Source: Candidatus Eiseniibacteriota bacterium
GTDB lineage: Bacteria; Eisenbacteria; RBG-16-71-46
DNA: 64,000 nt
Reading direction: 5' to 3'
Assembly (NCBI GenBank): GCA_963776245.1
Contig: CAVZLN010000006.1
Coordinates: 576,001-640,000 of the forward strand
Shown here: piece after piece, positions 40,854-50,086 of the stretch
Layout: the number at the start of each line of letters is the position of its first letter
How positions within the stretch are numbered: the stretch's first letter is position 1
The notes under the pieces: model-generated
Seen by the model: the letters and a program-made list of their open reading frames with translations, nothing else
Databases searched by the model: none
What the model was told of the DNA's origin: nothing
Position numbers and translations under genes: made by a program

Positions 40854-41401
40854 GTGTCCGAGTCGCAGGTCGGAGGATGGAATCGACGGCGCGTCCGCGG
40901 CGGCCGCCGAGGGATGGGCGCGCGCGCTTGGGGATCGCCCTCGTCGTGATGTCCCTGGCCCTGGTCGGCATGGGGATGGTCCATTCCCGGACGCTCGCGG
41001 AGCCGGCCCCGCGGGACGCGGCCACCGGATCTCCCATCGTGGTGACGCCGAGTTCCCGCTCTCACCGAGTCATCGCCTACTACTTCCACACCCAATACCG
41101 CTGCGCATCGTGCCGGGCCATCGAGGCGTACTCGCGAGAGGCGATCCAGAGCGCGTTCGCCGATCAGCTCAAGGACGGTCGGCTCCTGTGGAAGGTCGTC
41201 AATGTCGAGGTGAAGGGCAACGAACACTTCATCAAGGACTACGGCCTGTACACGAAATCCCTCGTGCTGGTGTGTGAGACCCGCGGGAAGCCGGCGCAGT
41301 GGAAGAACCTCGAGAAGGTCTGGCAGCTACTGCGGGACAAGGACGCCTTCTTCCGCTACGTGCAGGATGAGACGAGAAGTTACCTCGGCCCGATCTCATG
41401 A
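40850..41401 (+). CDS. Exported thioredoxin-fold protein (ArsF-like)
   Basis: Hydrophobic N-terminal anchor; YYFHTQYRCASCRAIE motif; start 40850 or 40877. Confidence 0.75.
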   Translation: MSVRVAGRRMESTARPRRPPRDGRARLGIALVVMSLALVGMGMVHSRTLAEPAPRDAATGSPIVVTPSSRSHRVIAYYFHTQYRCASCRAIEAYSREAIQSAFADQLKDGRLLWKVVNVEVKGNEHFIKDYGLYTKSLVLVCETRGKPAQWKNLEKVWQLLRDKDAFFRYVQDETRSYLGPIS

Positions 41402-42090
41402 TGGACCCGCTCGCTGCCGGCGCGACGGCGCTCTGGCTGGGGATCCTCACGTCCATCAGCCCCTGCCCCCTGGCTTCGAATATCGCGGCGGTCTCCTACC
41501 TCGGCCGCCGGGTCGGGGCGCCGCACCGCGTGCTGCTCGCGGGCCTCGCGTACTCGCTCGGTCGGGCGTTGACCTACGTGGTGGTCGCGGTCGTCGTGGT
41601 CGCGAGCCTGCTCTCCATCCCGAGCGTGTCGTTCTTCCTGCAGCGGCGGATGAATCAGGTGCTGGGCCCGCTGCTCATGGTCGCCGGTCTCGGGATGATC
41701 GGATGGCTTCGACTGTCATGGCTGGGAAACCGAGGCGTCGGCGCGCTGGAACGGCGAATGGCCACGGGTGGCGTCCTCGGCGCCGGCGGGCTCGGGATCC
41801 TGTTCGCGCTCTCGTTCTGTCCGGTCTCAGCGGGCCTGTTCTTCGGTGGCCTGCTGCCGTTGGCCACGAGCACCGGATCGCGCTTCGTCCTCCCAGGGAT
41901 CTATGGGATTGGAACCGGTCTCCCGGTCGTGGCCGTGGCCGGGCTGCTCGCCCTTGGCATGGGAGGCATCGCGAGGACCTTCGCCGCGCTCACCAAGTTC
42001 GAGCGGGTGGCCACGCGCGTCACCGGTGGAGTGTTCGTGCTCGTGGGGCTCCATCTCGTGCTCACGCACATCCTGGGGCTCCACATCTGA
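41398..42090 (+). CDS. DsbD/CcdA-like membrane protein (ArsG-like)
   Basis: Six TM segments; ISPCPLASNIAA and ALSFCPVSA Cys motifs. Confidence 0.8.
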   Translation: MMDPLAAGATALWLGILTSISPCPLASNIAAVSYLGRRVGAPHRVLLAGLAYSLGRALTYVVVAVVVVASLLSIPSVSFFLQRRMNQVLGPLLMVAGLGMIGWLRLSWLGNRGVGALERRMATGGVLGAGGLGILFALSFCPVSAGLFFGGLLPLATSTGSRFVLPGIYGIGTGLPVVAVAGLLALGMGGIARTFAALTKFERVATRVTGGVFVLVGLHLVLTHILGLHI

Positions 42091-42115
42091 GTCCGTCACC
42101 CCGGAGCTCCGCTGC

Positions 42116-43459
42116 CTACCGCCGCAGCGGGTGCGTCTCCCGGATCATCGAACCGGTCAGCAGCACCTCCTCGATCTTGAACACCCCGAGCTTCCGGTTC
42201 TTGATGAACCCGCTGAGCGCCTTCTCCGCGAACACGCCATCCCGGAGCATGTCACCCAGCCACTCCAGCGCGAGCGACGCGGTGTACTGCGGAAGCGCGC
42301 ACCCCTTGTCGATGAGCCACTTGAGGTTCTTGTCCTCCTGCGGCCCGATGCTCGGCGCCATCACGATGGGAAGGCCCAGCGCCGAGTAGAACGACAGCTC
42401 GCTCGGCTTGGTCCACAGGATGTCGGTTCCGCGCAGCGCCGCGTTGAAGCGCTCGAAGTAGTCGTACTTGCTGTCCTCGCAGATGACCGACACGCCCTCG
42501 CCGACGGCGGACTCGAGCCCGATCCGGGTGAGGAACTCGGTGAACGCCTTCTCCACCTCGCGGTTCACGCCGGCCACCAGGATCAGCCGGAAGCGGCCGT
42601 CGAGGATCCCTGGCTGGAGGCTCTGCGCCAGCGCCTGACCGATCTCGACCTGCGCGCCGGCCCCTCCCACCGCAAAGGTCACGGTCACCCGCGCGCCGCG
42701 CGCGGGCGTGGGTGCCGCGCCCAGGAGCTGCTCGACGGTGCGCCCGAACACCGAGGAGAACCTGCCCATCGGATCGAGCCGGCCCAGCCGTGCGAGCAGG
42801 TCGGTCTTGAGCGTCTCCATCCCCGGCCCGCCGATGTTCTCCCGCGGGAGCGTGAAGCCGGTGATGTAGATCCGCTCGTCCGGGACGCCGTACTGGCGCA
42901 GCCGCCGCATCGCGCGCCCGCACGGCGCGAAGTAGCGGATGTCGCTCTTCCTGGCGTCTGAGGCCACCCAGACGCGATTCAGATCGGCGTCGCAGATGAC
43001 GCAGTAGACCGGGCCCGGGTGGGAATGATCGGCCACCAGGGCCGGGGCGTAGAACGTCGAGATCAACGGGATCGCCCGAGTCCGCAGCCGCGCCATCAGG
43101 GACTTGCCGAGACCCTGGCGGATCAGCCAGTCGACCATGAGGTTGTTGAGGGAGGGATGCGAGAGGTCCCGCAGGGGATAGAACGGTGGGATCCGCAGGA
43201 TCCCGTCCAGCGTGCTGAACAGGACGCCCCCCACCACGGGGATCCCCTTGGACCGGGACACGAATTCGTAGGTCCAGCGCAGCCGCTGCCAGAAGGCCAC
43301 CTCGTCGGCATCGGTGATGTTCGCGCTGCCGGCGGTGAGGATCCCGCCCTCCGCCAGATAGGACAGCGCATGCGCCGCCCGCTGATGCCCGAGCCCCATG
43401 TCGGCGGTCACGACCCACGCGCGCAGCCGCTCGAGTGTCGTCGTCACGTTGTCGCCCAT
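42116..43459 (-). CDS. GT-B fold glycosyltransferase-like protein (DUF6938 / GT28-like)
   Basis: AWVVTADMGLGHQRAA, ITGF, VGGAG, DILWTKPSEL, P.GPQE..N, resembling MGDG-synthase/MurG motifs. Confidence 0.65.
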   Translation of the reverse strand: MGDNVTTTLERLRAWVVTADMGLGHQRAAHALSYLAEGGILTAGSANITDADEVAFWQRLRWTYEFVSRSKGIPVVGGVLFSTLDGILRIPPFYPLRDLSHPSLNNLMVDWLIRQGLGKSLMARLRTRAIPLISTFYAPALVADHSHPGPVYCVICDADLNRVWVASDARKSDIRYFAPCGRAMRRLRQYGVPDERIYITGFTLPRENIGGPGMETLKTDLLARLGRLDPMGRFSSVFGRTVEQLLGAAPTPARGARVTVTFAVGGAGAQVEIGQALAQSLQPGILDGRFRLILVAGVNREVEKAFTEFLTRIGLESAVGEGVSVICEDSKYDYFERFNAALRGTDILWTKPSELSFYSALGLPIVMAPSIGPQEDKNLKWLIDKGCALPQYTASLALEWLGDMLRDGVFAEKALSGFIKNRKLGVFKIEEVLLTGSMIRETHPLRR

Positions 43460-44018
43460 CGCCGCATCCATCCCTGGTCGAAGGCAGGTGGCTCCAGTTC
43501 GATCGAGCATGGACTCTACACCCGGAAGGCCGCCGTTTCCGCGACGGACTCGATGACCCGTCCGGAGGACGAGTGTCATGTCGGACCCGGCTCGTGCGGA
43601 CCCGCTCGAGAATCACGAGGTGCCCGGCGCGCCGCGCGCACGTGCTAGGAATTCACATTCGGTGCCTGCCGCGTGGCGGGAGCGCGACACACTGCGGCAG
43701 CATGACGGTCCAGTCGCCCCGTGCCAGGCGGCCGCGACCATTCCTACCCACTGTGAGATGGGCACTTGAGTCCATCGTGGGCCCCGGTGGGCCAGCGGCC
43801 CCGCTCTTGCGCTCCAAGGCGGCGGCGCATGGTTCCGGAGGCCGGTCACAGCCCGGCCGTGCGTGCCCTCCCATCCATCGAGACCGTCCTCACTCGCCGG
43901 TCACGATGAGCCCTTCCCCAAGAATCGAATACGCATCCGCCCCGCTCCCCACGGAGCCATGGCGGTACTCGACGCTCCTGTCACGCATTTTCCGACCCCG
44001 AGTGATGAGGGAGGAATC

Positions 44019-44690
44019 GTGAACCTGGTTCCGCGTCTCTCCATATGCCTGAGCCTGACTTCGTGCCTACTCGCCGGTCCGGTGTCGCTCGCTCTCGCGG
44101 TCCCGCTGACGGTGACATTGCACTGGACCGCACCTGGCGACGACGGAGTCATCGGCCGCGCGTTCGCCTACGATGTCCGCTACTCGCTGACACCGATCAC
44201 GGCGTCGAACTTCCCCGCGGCCATTTCGGTCCCCGGGGTACCCGCGCCGCAGTCGGCGGGAGCGCTCGAGACTTTCGCGGTGACGAACCTCGTCGCGGGC
44301 AACGGCTACTACTTCGCCATCAAGACCGTCGACGAGCTCGCGAACTGGTCACTGATCTCGAACGTCGGCGTGTACTCGCCGACCCTGGCCGCGGACACCG
44401 ATGCCAGCTCTCTGACTCTCTGGCTCTCGCCTCCGTTCCCGAACCCCGCCCGCGCTTCCGCGCGCTGGTCGTACACCCTGCCCAAGGAGGGCCCGGTGGA
44501 GATCGAGGCGTTCGATCTCGCCGGCCGGCACGTGCGCAGCATCGCGCGCGGCTGGAGAGGCGTGGGCCAGGGCGAAGTGGACTGGGACCTGCGGGACGAC
44601 GGAGGCCGGGCCATCGCGGCCGGCATCTATCTGATCCGCGCGACCCTCGGCGGGCAGACCTCCATGAAGCGGCTGATCGTCATCCACTGA
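44019..44690 (+). CDS. Secreted fibronectin type III + FlgD-Ig C-terminal domain protein
   Basis: GGAGG RBS, GTG start, signal peptide; VTLHWTAPGDDG...YYFAIKTVDE..NWS.ISN; PFPNP...FDLAGRHVR...WDLRD...AGIYL. Confidence 0.85.
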   Translation: MNLVPRLSICLSLTSCLLAGPVSLALAVPLTVTLHWTAPGDDGVIGRAFAYDVRYSLTPITASNFPAAISVPGVPAPQSAGALETFAVTNLVAGNGYYFAIKTVDELANWSLISNVGVYSPTLAADTDASSLTLWLSPPFPNPARASARWSYTLPKEGPVEIEAFDLAGRHVRSIARGWRGVGQGEVDWDLRDDGGRAIAAGIYLIRATLGGQTSMKRLIVIH

Positions 44691-44801
44691 CCGTCCGGGA
44701 GCCGCCGCCGCACGACACCCTTTGCGCTCGCACCGTGCGGCTCCCATGGACATCATTCATCGGCCCTGCTCCTCGGCTCGTGTCGCGGCGCTTGGACCCG
44801 G

Positions 44802-46214
44802 TCAGGTCCGCAGCTCGCGAAGGCTCGACAGCAGACGCCGGACATCGTCCATCGAGGTCTCCGGATTCATGAAGACCAGGCGCAGATAGCGCCGGCCCTG
44901 GAACAGGGTGGTGGTCAGGTAGAACTCCCCCCGGGCGATCAGTCGGTCGCGCACCCGCAGCTGCGCGTCGTCGTCCCCGGGGACGCGCAAGCACAGGATG
45001 TTGGCCTCGGGCTCGACGGCGCACTCGAAGTCCGGCGTCTGCCGCACGTGCTCCCAGGCCTCGTGGGCCAGCGCGTACTGGCGCTCGACGTACCCGGCAA
45101 GCCCGCGCTCGCCGAGCGCCGCGAGGACCGCGAACAGTCGCAGCCCCAGCGCCGCCTTGGTGCACTCCACGCTGCGCAGCAGGAAGTCGAATCCCGGCTG
45201 GTCCTTGGCGTGGAACAGGTAACTGGCCTCCTGCTGGAAGGTCCCGTCGAGGATCCGGCCGTCGCGCAGGAGCACCGCGGCGCACAGCGTCGGGGTGCGC
45301 AGCATCTTGTGAGCGTCCCACACCAGCGAGTCGGCTGACTCCACGCCATCGAGCAGGTGGCGCAGCCGCTTCGACAGCAGGGCGCTCGCCCCGTGCGCGC
45401 CGTCCACGTGCAGCCAGAGCCGCCGCTCGCGGCAGAACTCCCCGATCGCGCGCAGCGGATCGTAGATGCCGACCGCCGTGCTGCACGCGTTCGCGACCAT
45501 CGCGATCGCGCGCCTGCCGTCGGACTCCACGCGATCGAGCAGCGCGGGAAGCCGATCGGGCCGGATCGCGCCGCGCGCGTCCACCTCGGCGTGATAGATC
45601 GCGCCGGTGCCTATCCCGATGATCCCGGCGGCACGCGCGATGGAGTAGTGGCTCGCCGCGGGGGCGATGAGCGCGAGGTCCCCGGGATTCCCATCCCGCC
45701 ACGCCGAGGGCGCGATGACGCTCCGCGCCGCGAGCAGCGCGGTCAGGTTGGCGAGTGAGCCTCCGTGGGTGAGCACTCCCCCGCCATGGACGCCGCCATC
45801 GGAAGCCTGTCCGGGCAGCGGCGCCGGGCGCCATCCCACGCGCTCCAGCAGCCAATTGAGCATGTAGTACTCGATGCTCGAGGCCGCGGGCCCCATCTCG
45901 TACACCGCCATGGCGTTGTTGGTGAAGCCATCGACGAGCGCCGCGAGAGCCCCCGTCGGGTGCGGGACCGCGACCTGGTGGCCGACGTATCCCGGATGAT
46001 GCAGGCGTGTGGTCGAGTCGAGGTAGGCCGCGATGAACCCGCGCAGCCGCTCCCCGGTCAGCCCACCCGCGGCCGAGAGCCTGGCCAGGTCCAGCTCCGC
46101 CACCAGTTGCGCCAGAGGTGTCTGGCGGATCACCGGCCGGCTCCCCGACGCCGACTCCCGCTGGTAGCGATCCAGCTCCTCGGCGACGATCCGCGCATCC
46201 GCGAGGAAGGACAT
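44802..46214 (-). CDS. Group II PLP-dependent amino-acid decarboxylase
   Basis: HHPGYVGHQ, YEMGP, GGSLANL, HYSI, WLHVDGAHG, DAHKML (PLP lysine). Confidence 0.92.
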   Translation of the reverse strand: MSFLADARIVAEELDRYQRESASGSRPVIRQTPLAQLVAELDLARLSAAGGLTGERLRGFIAAYLDSTTRLHHPGYVGHQVAVPHPTGALAALVDGFTNNAMAVYEMGPAASSIEYYMLNWLLERVGWRPAPLPGQASDGGVHGGGVLTHGGSLANLTALLAARSVIAPSAWRDGNPGDLALIAPAASHYSIARAAGIIGIGTGAIYHAEVDARGAIRPDRLPALLDRVESDGRRAIAMVANACSTAVGIYDPLRAIGEFCRERRLWLHVDGAHGASALLSKRLRHLLDGVESADSLVWDAHKMLRTPTLCAAVLLRDGRILDGTFQQEASYLFHAKDQPGFDFLLRSVECTKAALGLRLFAVLAALGERGLAGYVERQYALAHEAWEHVRQTPDFECAVEPEANILCLRVPGDDDAQLRVRDRLIARGEFYLTTTLFQGRRYLRLVFMNPETSMDDVRRLLSSLRELRT

Positions 46215-46384
46215 GGTCACTCCCCCCGCCCGATGGGCTCGCTCGGCCGCGCGGGCACGATGGTGCTGGGACCGACGTTCTCCGGGTCTTGCATGCTTCC
46301 TCCACGCGGATGGATACGGCACGCCTGCATCTTGGGACCGGAACGCGTTCAAGGTGGCGCAGTATGCTCCGCTTCCCCTCGTCC

Positions 46385-47233
46385 TCAGCGCGCTCGCTCT
46401 TCGCCCCGACCCGCGGCAGTCTCGCCCCAAGGATCGTACGACAACGGCAATCCGACCAGCGCCTCGCGCGTGATCACCCGCGGGACCCCGAATCGCTCCT
46501 CGAGCACTTCCGGCAGGAGCGCTGCGTTCGGGATCCGGCTGGCGCGCGACCGCGTGCCGTCCGCCTCGATGAGATTCAGGTTGTGCAGCACCAGCGCGCG
46601 CCCGGGCGAGAACCGCACGAACACGAGCGCGTTCATGAAGGTGGCCGAAGGGTCGAAGGACGCTTCGACGACTTGCGTGAACTCCTCGATATGCCGGGGC
46701 GCAGGCTTGAAGACGTAGCCGTGCGCGTGCTTCCCGCCGCGGTGCAGCTCGAGACGCGACCTGCCCTCGGCGTCCCGCGGCCTTAGCACGTAGCGATCGT
46801 CTCCCAGCACGATCTCGCGATCATGGTCGAGATCCAGCGGAAGAGGCGCGAGCAGCGGGGCTCCATATCCCGCGTCCACCAGATAGTCGCGTCCATCGAG
46901 TCGGACGCGATTGGCCAGGTGCACGTCGGGTCGCGCCATGTCGGCCCCGCACAGGGCGACGTCGTAGCCGAGTGTCTCCAGCAGGCGGTTGAGGTGATGG
47001 TTGTTCGCGTAGCAGGTGCCGCCGAGCCGGTCGCGCTCGATGCCGTCGAGGAACCCGGACAACTCCGGGATCCCGCGGGATCCCGACCGGCGATCGTGAT
47101 AGAGCTTCGAGACGTTCTCGAACGGGACCCGCGTGAGATGGGCCGTGGTCAGTTGCGCGAGCGCGTCGAGGCTCGGCTCCCGCCGGGGCACTCCCAGCAC
47201 ACGCAGATAGCGTGCGCAGTCATCGGGGGACAT
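46385..47233 (-). CDS. Arylamine N-acetyltransferase family protein
   Basis: HLTRVPFEN, GGTCY (Cys), DVHL (His), YLVDAGYG (Asp). Confidence 0.9.
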   Translation of the reverse strand: MSPDDCARYLRVLGVPRREPSLDALAQLTTAHLTRVPFENVSKLYHDRRSGSRGIPELSGFLDGIERDRLGGTCYANNHHLNRLLETLGYDVALCGADMARPDVHLANRVRLDGRDYLVDAGYGAPLLAPLPLDLDHDREIVLGDDRYVLRPRDAEGRSRLELHRGGKHAHGYVFKPAPRHIEEFTQVVEASFDPSATFMNALVFVRFSPGRALVLHNLNLIEADGTRSRASRIPNAALLPEVLEERFGVPRVITREALVGLPLSYDPWGETAAGRGEERAR

Positions 47234-47534
47234 CACGGGTGTTCGATCCACTATTGGAGCCCGACTTCCTTTCCCTTCGCGTTCCGCCTCCCTCGCGTCC
47301 GCACGGAGGCGGGGGTGGTGCGCTGATGTTGCCATCGTCCCACGGTGACTGTCTCTCGTCACTCAGGGGCCACCAGAGCCCCGCGAGGCTGCCCGCCGTG
47401 CGTATTTCCTTGGCAATTCCCGCGGCGAGGCTGCTAGATTCCTCGCCCTGCGTGGCCGTCGTACCCTTGGCGGGACTTCCCGGGAAGGGACGCGCATGCC
47501 CCTGCGCTGAGCTCCCCACATCCCCGGAGGGTCC

Positions 47535-48242
47535 ATGGTCCTGCCTCGCTACGCCATCCCAGCATTCGTGCTCATCCTGCTCACGACCGTCGCGCCAGTG
47601 GCACTCGCGCAGACCACCACCTTCGGCGACGCCACCTTCCTCGATGCGGACTGGACCGTGACCACGGAAACGATCAACCTCGGCGGCTCCGTCATAGGAA
47701 ACCAGGTCGCCTCGGGCGGCACCTCCGGCCCCTACCGGCGCATCGTCAACACGCTCAACAGCGCCATCGGTTTCGGGTTCTCGAACTCGGTGTTCGGGTT
47801 CCACATGCGAGCCGGCGCGTCGTTCAACCCGGCCGTCAGCGGGCCGATCACCTCGATCGATTATTCAGAGTCCTCGATCCGCCTGGCGGCGGGTGTGCAG
47901 GCATGTGGCGTGGCACTCCAGCAGGGCGGCGTCATCTACTACGGGCCCGGGTTCCTTACCCCGAGCACGCTCAATCTGTGGGTGCCGACCAGCCAGACTG
48001 GGCTCACCGCGGCGATGTTCGACGCCGCCGCGCCCGGGGTGCAGAACCCCGACTTCACCATGGCGGGCGCTCCGATCCAGTTCGGGTTCTATCGCTCGAA
48101 CTCGACCAGCGTCGGCGGTGGCGGCAGCAGTCTGTTCGGCGGCATCGACGACTGGCTGGTGACCGTGCACTACGACTCCGCCACTCCGGCGCAGGGCATC
48201 ACCTGGGGCGCGGTCAAGTCTCGCTACGCGAACTCCCGCTAG
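47535..48242 (+). CDS. Secreted beta-rich protein with C-terminal TWGxxKxxY tail
   Basis: GGAGG RBS, signal peptide ending ALA-Q, C-terminus ATPAQGITWGAVKSRYANSR. Confidence 0.75.
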   Translation: MVLPRYAIPAFVLILLTTVAPVALAQTTTFGDATFLDADWTVTTETINLGGSVIGNQVASGGTSGPYRRIVNTLNSAIGFGFSNSVFGFHMRAGASFNPAVSGPITSIDYSESSIRLAAGVQACGVALQQGGVIYYGPGFLTPSTLNLWVPTSQTGLTAAMFDAAAPGVQNPDFTMAGAPIQFGFYRSNSTSVGGGGSSLFGGIDDWLVTVHYDSATPAQGITWGAVKSRYANSR

Positions 48243-48250
48243 AACGGAGT

Positions 48251-48290
48251 GCGGAGGCCGGCGGCGGGGCACCCTGGCGCCGGCCTCCGC
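48251..48290. terminator. Hairpin between convergent genes
   Basis: GCGGAGGCCGGCG...CGCCGGCCTCCGC, 13-bp stem. Confidence 0.55.
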
Positions 48291-48348
48291 GTCATCTTGC
48301 GCCATGAGCGAGCCGCGCCGATCGTGCCACGACTCGACTGGACGCGGC

Positions 48349-48813
48349 TCAGGAGCCGACAATCCGTGGGTCCCACTCGAACGGCTCCGGGCGCTCGATG
48401 ATGATCTTAGTGAACGCCGGGTGTGCGGGATTCAGAAGGAAGTTCCGCGCCGAGGGGACCAGGGCGCTGGGAACCGACAGGACGGCGGATCGCAGCCGCT
48501 TCACCCATTGGTCACCCACGGCACGTGTCTCCGCGGGAGCCGGATAGCGCCGCCAGTGACGCGGCAGTCCCGCGACATCGAGGTCCTCGACGAGGGTCTC
48601 GGGGAACTGCACGCTGGCCACCGAGTAGGAAGCGAGCACCGCGGGGGCCCGAAGGTGCACGAGGACCTCGAGCATCGCCAGCGCCAGACTGTCCGAGACG
48701 TACGCGACGCGGGTCCCCGCACTGTTCCAGCGCCCGCCGTTCAGCCGCGCGCCCTCGCCGTCGAACGCGGCGGCCGCGTAGCGCGCCTTCACCAGTCGAC
48801 AGGCGCGGATCAT
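48349..48813 (-). CDS. RES domain toxin (NAD+ phosphorylase family)
   Basis: R..K..Y..AFDGEGARLNGGRWNS.G..VAY.SDSLALAMLEVLVH...VPSA...NFLLNPAHP. Confidence 0.92.
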   Translation of the reverse strand: MIRACRLVKARYAAAAFDGEGARLNGGRWNSAGTRVAYVSDSLALAMLEVLVHLRAPAVLASYSVASVQFPETLVEDLDVAGLPRHWRRYPAPAETRAVGDQWVKRLRSAVLSVPSALVPSARNFLLNPAHPAFTKIIIERPEPFEWDPRIVGS

Positions 48814-48818
48814 CGGGC

Positions 48819-49313
48819 TCAGCTGGGGATTCCGTGTTCGAGTCTGCCGATGAGACTCTCGACCTCTTTGGCGCCGACTTCGGTCTTGGCCAGTTCCAGC
48901 GGAACGCGGCCGCCCAGGGCGGGCTGCGCGCTCGAGAGCCAGTCCTTCGCCGCGGCGTTGTCGCCCTCGAACAATCCCAGCGCGCGACCGAAGACTCGCG
49001 ATGCGCGCAGGAGTCGGTCGGACTGCTCGGGATCGAGCTTCCCCTCCGCCTTTCGTCGCGCCAGTGTCCGGGACGGGATCTGGGTCAGCTCCGAGAGCAC
49101 CTTCGCCGAGAGGTTGGTGTTGCGCTGGAACCGGACGAAGGTCGAGCACCGAAGGCCCTTGCGGATCTGCTCGGACAACTCGAGCGGCTCGTACGTGCGG
49201 AGCCCCAGCAACGCGGCATAGAAATGCCCCGGCCGTGGTCCCGATCGGAGCCGCAGGCGGAATTCGGCGAGATCGGCCCGCTGGTGCAGCGCCGCCTTGT
49301 GCGAGACCGCCAT
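48819..49313 (-). CDS. Xre/MbcA/ParS-type antitoxin
   Basis: GGAGGAGG RBS; IRKGL...IPSRTLARRK..GKL..EQSDRLLR...WL..QPALGGRVPLEL..TEVG..EVE.LIGRLEHG. Confidence 0.92.
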   Translation of the reverse strand: MAVSHKAALHQRADLAEFRLRLRSGPRPGHFYAALLGLRTYEPLELSEQIRKGLRCSTFVRFQRNTNLSAKVLSELTQIPSRTLARRKAEGKLDPEQSDRLLRASRVFGRALGLFEGDNAAAKDWLSSAQPALGGRVPLELAKTEVGAKEVESLIGRLEHGIPS

Positions 49314-49338
49314 GGGTTCCTCCTCCATTCCTGTATCG

Positions 49339-49381
49339 GCCAAGTGGCCACACTCTATCAGCCATATGGCAGCGGTCGCAA
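49339..49381 (-). promoter_or_regulatory. Promoter of the TA operon with two GCCA-NN-TGGC palindromes
   Basis: Minus strand TTGCGA-N18-TAGAGT; palindromes GCCAAGTGGC (49339-49348) and GCCATATGGC (49361-49370). Confidence 0.6.
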
Positions 49382-49640
49382 GGATGGGGGCGCAGAGGCT
49401 GGACCCAACCGGGCGGCTTGCATCATCTTGGGGTGGCGTGACCCGGCGCGGCGGGGTCCGCCGCGGTCCACCGCGACCGCCTTCGATGTCCGGAGGATGT
49501 TCCGTCGCGGCTGCTCCGCGCGCTGGTCATCGGATTCGGCACGCGGGTGCGTCGGATGCAACTCTGCAGGCGACTCGCTCGTCCAACGAGGCGAAGGGAC
49601 TCAGCAACACGGAGCTCGTGCCGAGACTGGAGAGAACGTC

Positions 49641-49991
49641 GTGATCGTGCGCGAATCAGATCCGGTGATCGTCCTCGAGCCCACCGAGGACCTCTACGAG
49701 GGTGGCGAGTGCGACCAGATGGAGGAAGCCCTCGCCCGGCTCGCAGCTCGCGGCGCCCTGGTCGTCGTCGATGTGACCCACGTGAGGCACATGACCGCGC
49801 GGTGCGTGGGAATCCTCGCCAACGCCCGTCAGATCGCCGCGCAGAATGGCGGCTGCATCGTGCTCTGCGGCGCCACGCCCCTGCAGCGCTGGTTGCTGGA
49901 TAAGACCGGCGTCGCGGACGTTCTCTCGGTGCACGACGACGTGGCTGCGGCGAAGCGGCACCTGACCACCGTCAGTCGGGCGGTCGCGTAG
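49641..49991 (+). CDS. STAS domain protein (anti-sigma factor antagonist-like)
   Basis: VVVDVTHVRHMTARCVGILA...GGCIVLCG...LLDKTGV..VL.VHDDV..A pattern; GGAGAG RBS, GTG start. Confidence 0.75.
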   Translation: MIVRESDPVIVLEPTEDLYEGGECDQMEEALARLAARGALVVVDVTHVRHMTARCVGILANARQIAAQNGGCIVLCGATPLQRWLLDKTGVADVLSVHDDVAAAKRHLTTVSRAVA

Positions 49992-50086
49992 GGAAGGGTC
50001 GAGTGAGGCTCGGGCTGCTGCGGTGACCGGCCTCCCCAGCACGCGCGACGCCCGGCGCAAGAGTCGCGGGGGGCCCTCGTTCGGCG

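Noticed and set aside
43460..44018. 559-bp divergent intergenic region as an ncRNA or small ORF
   Set aside because: No recognisable RNA family or credible coding signal seen.
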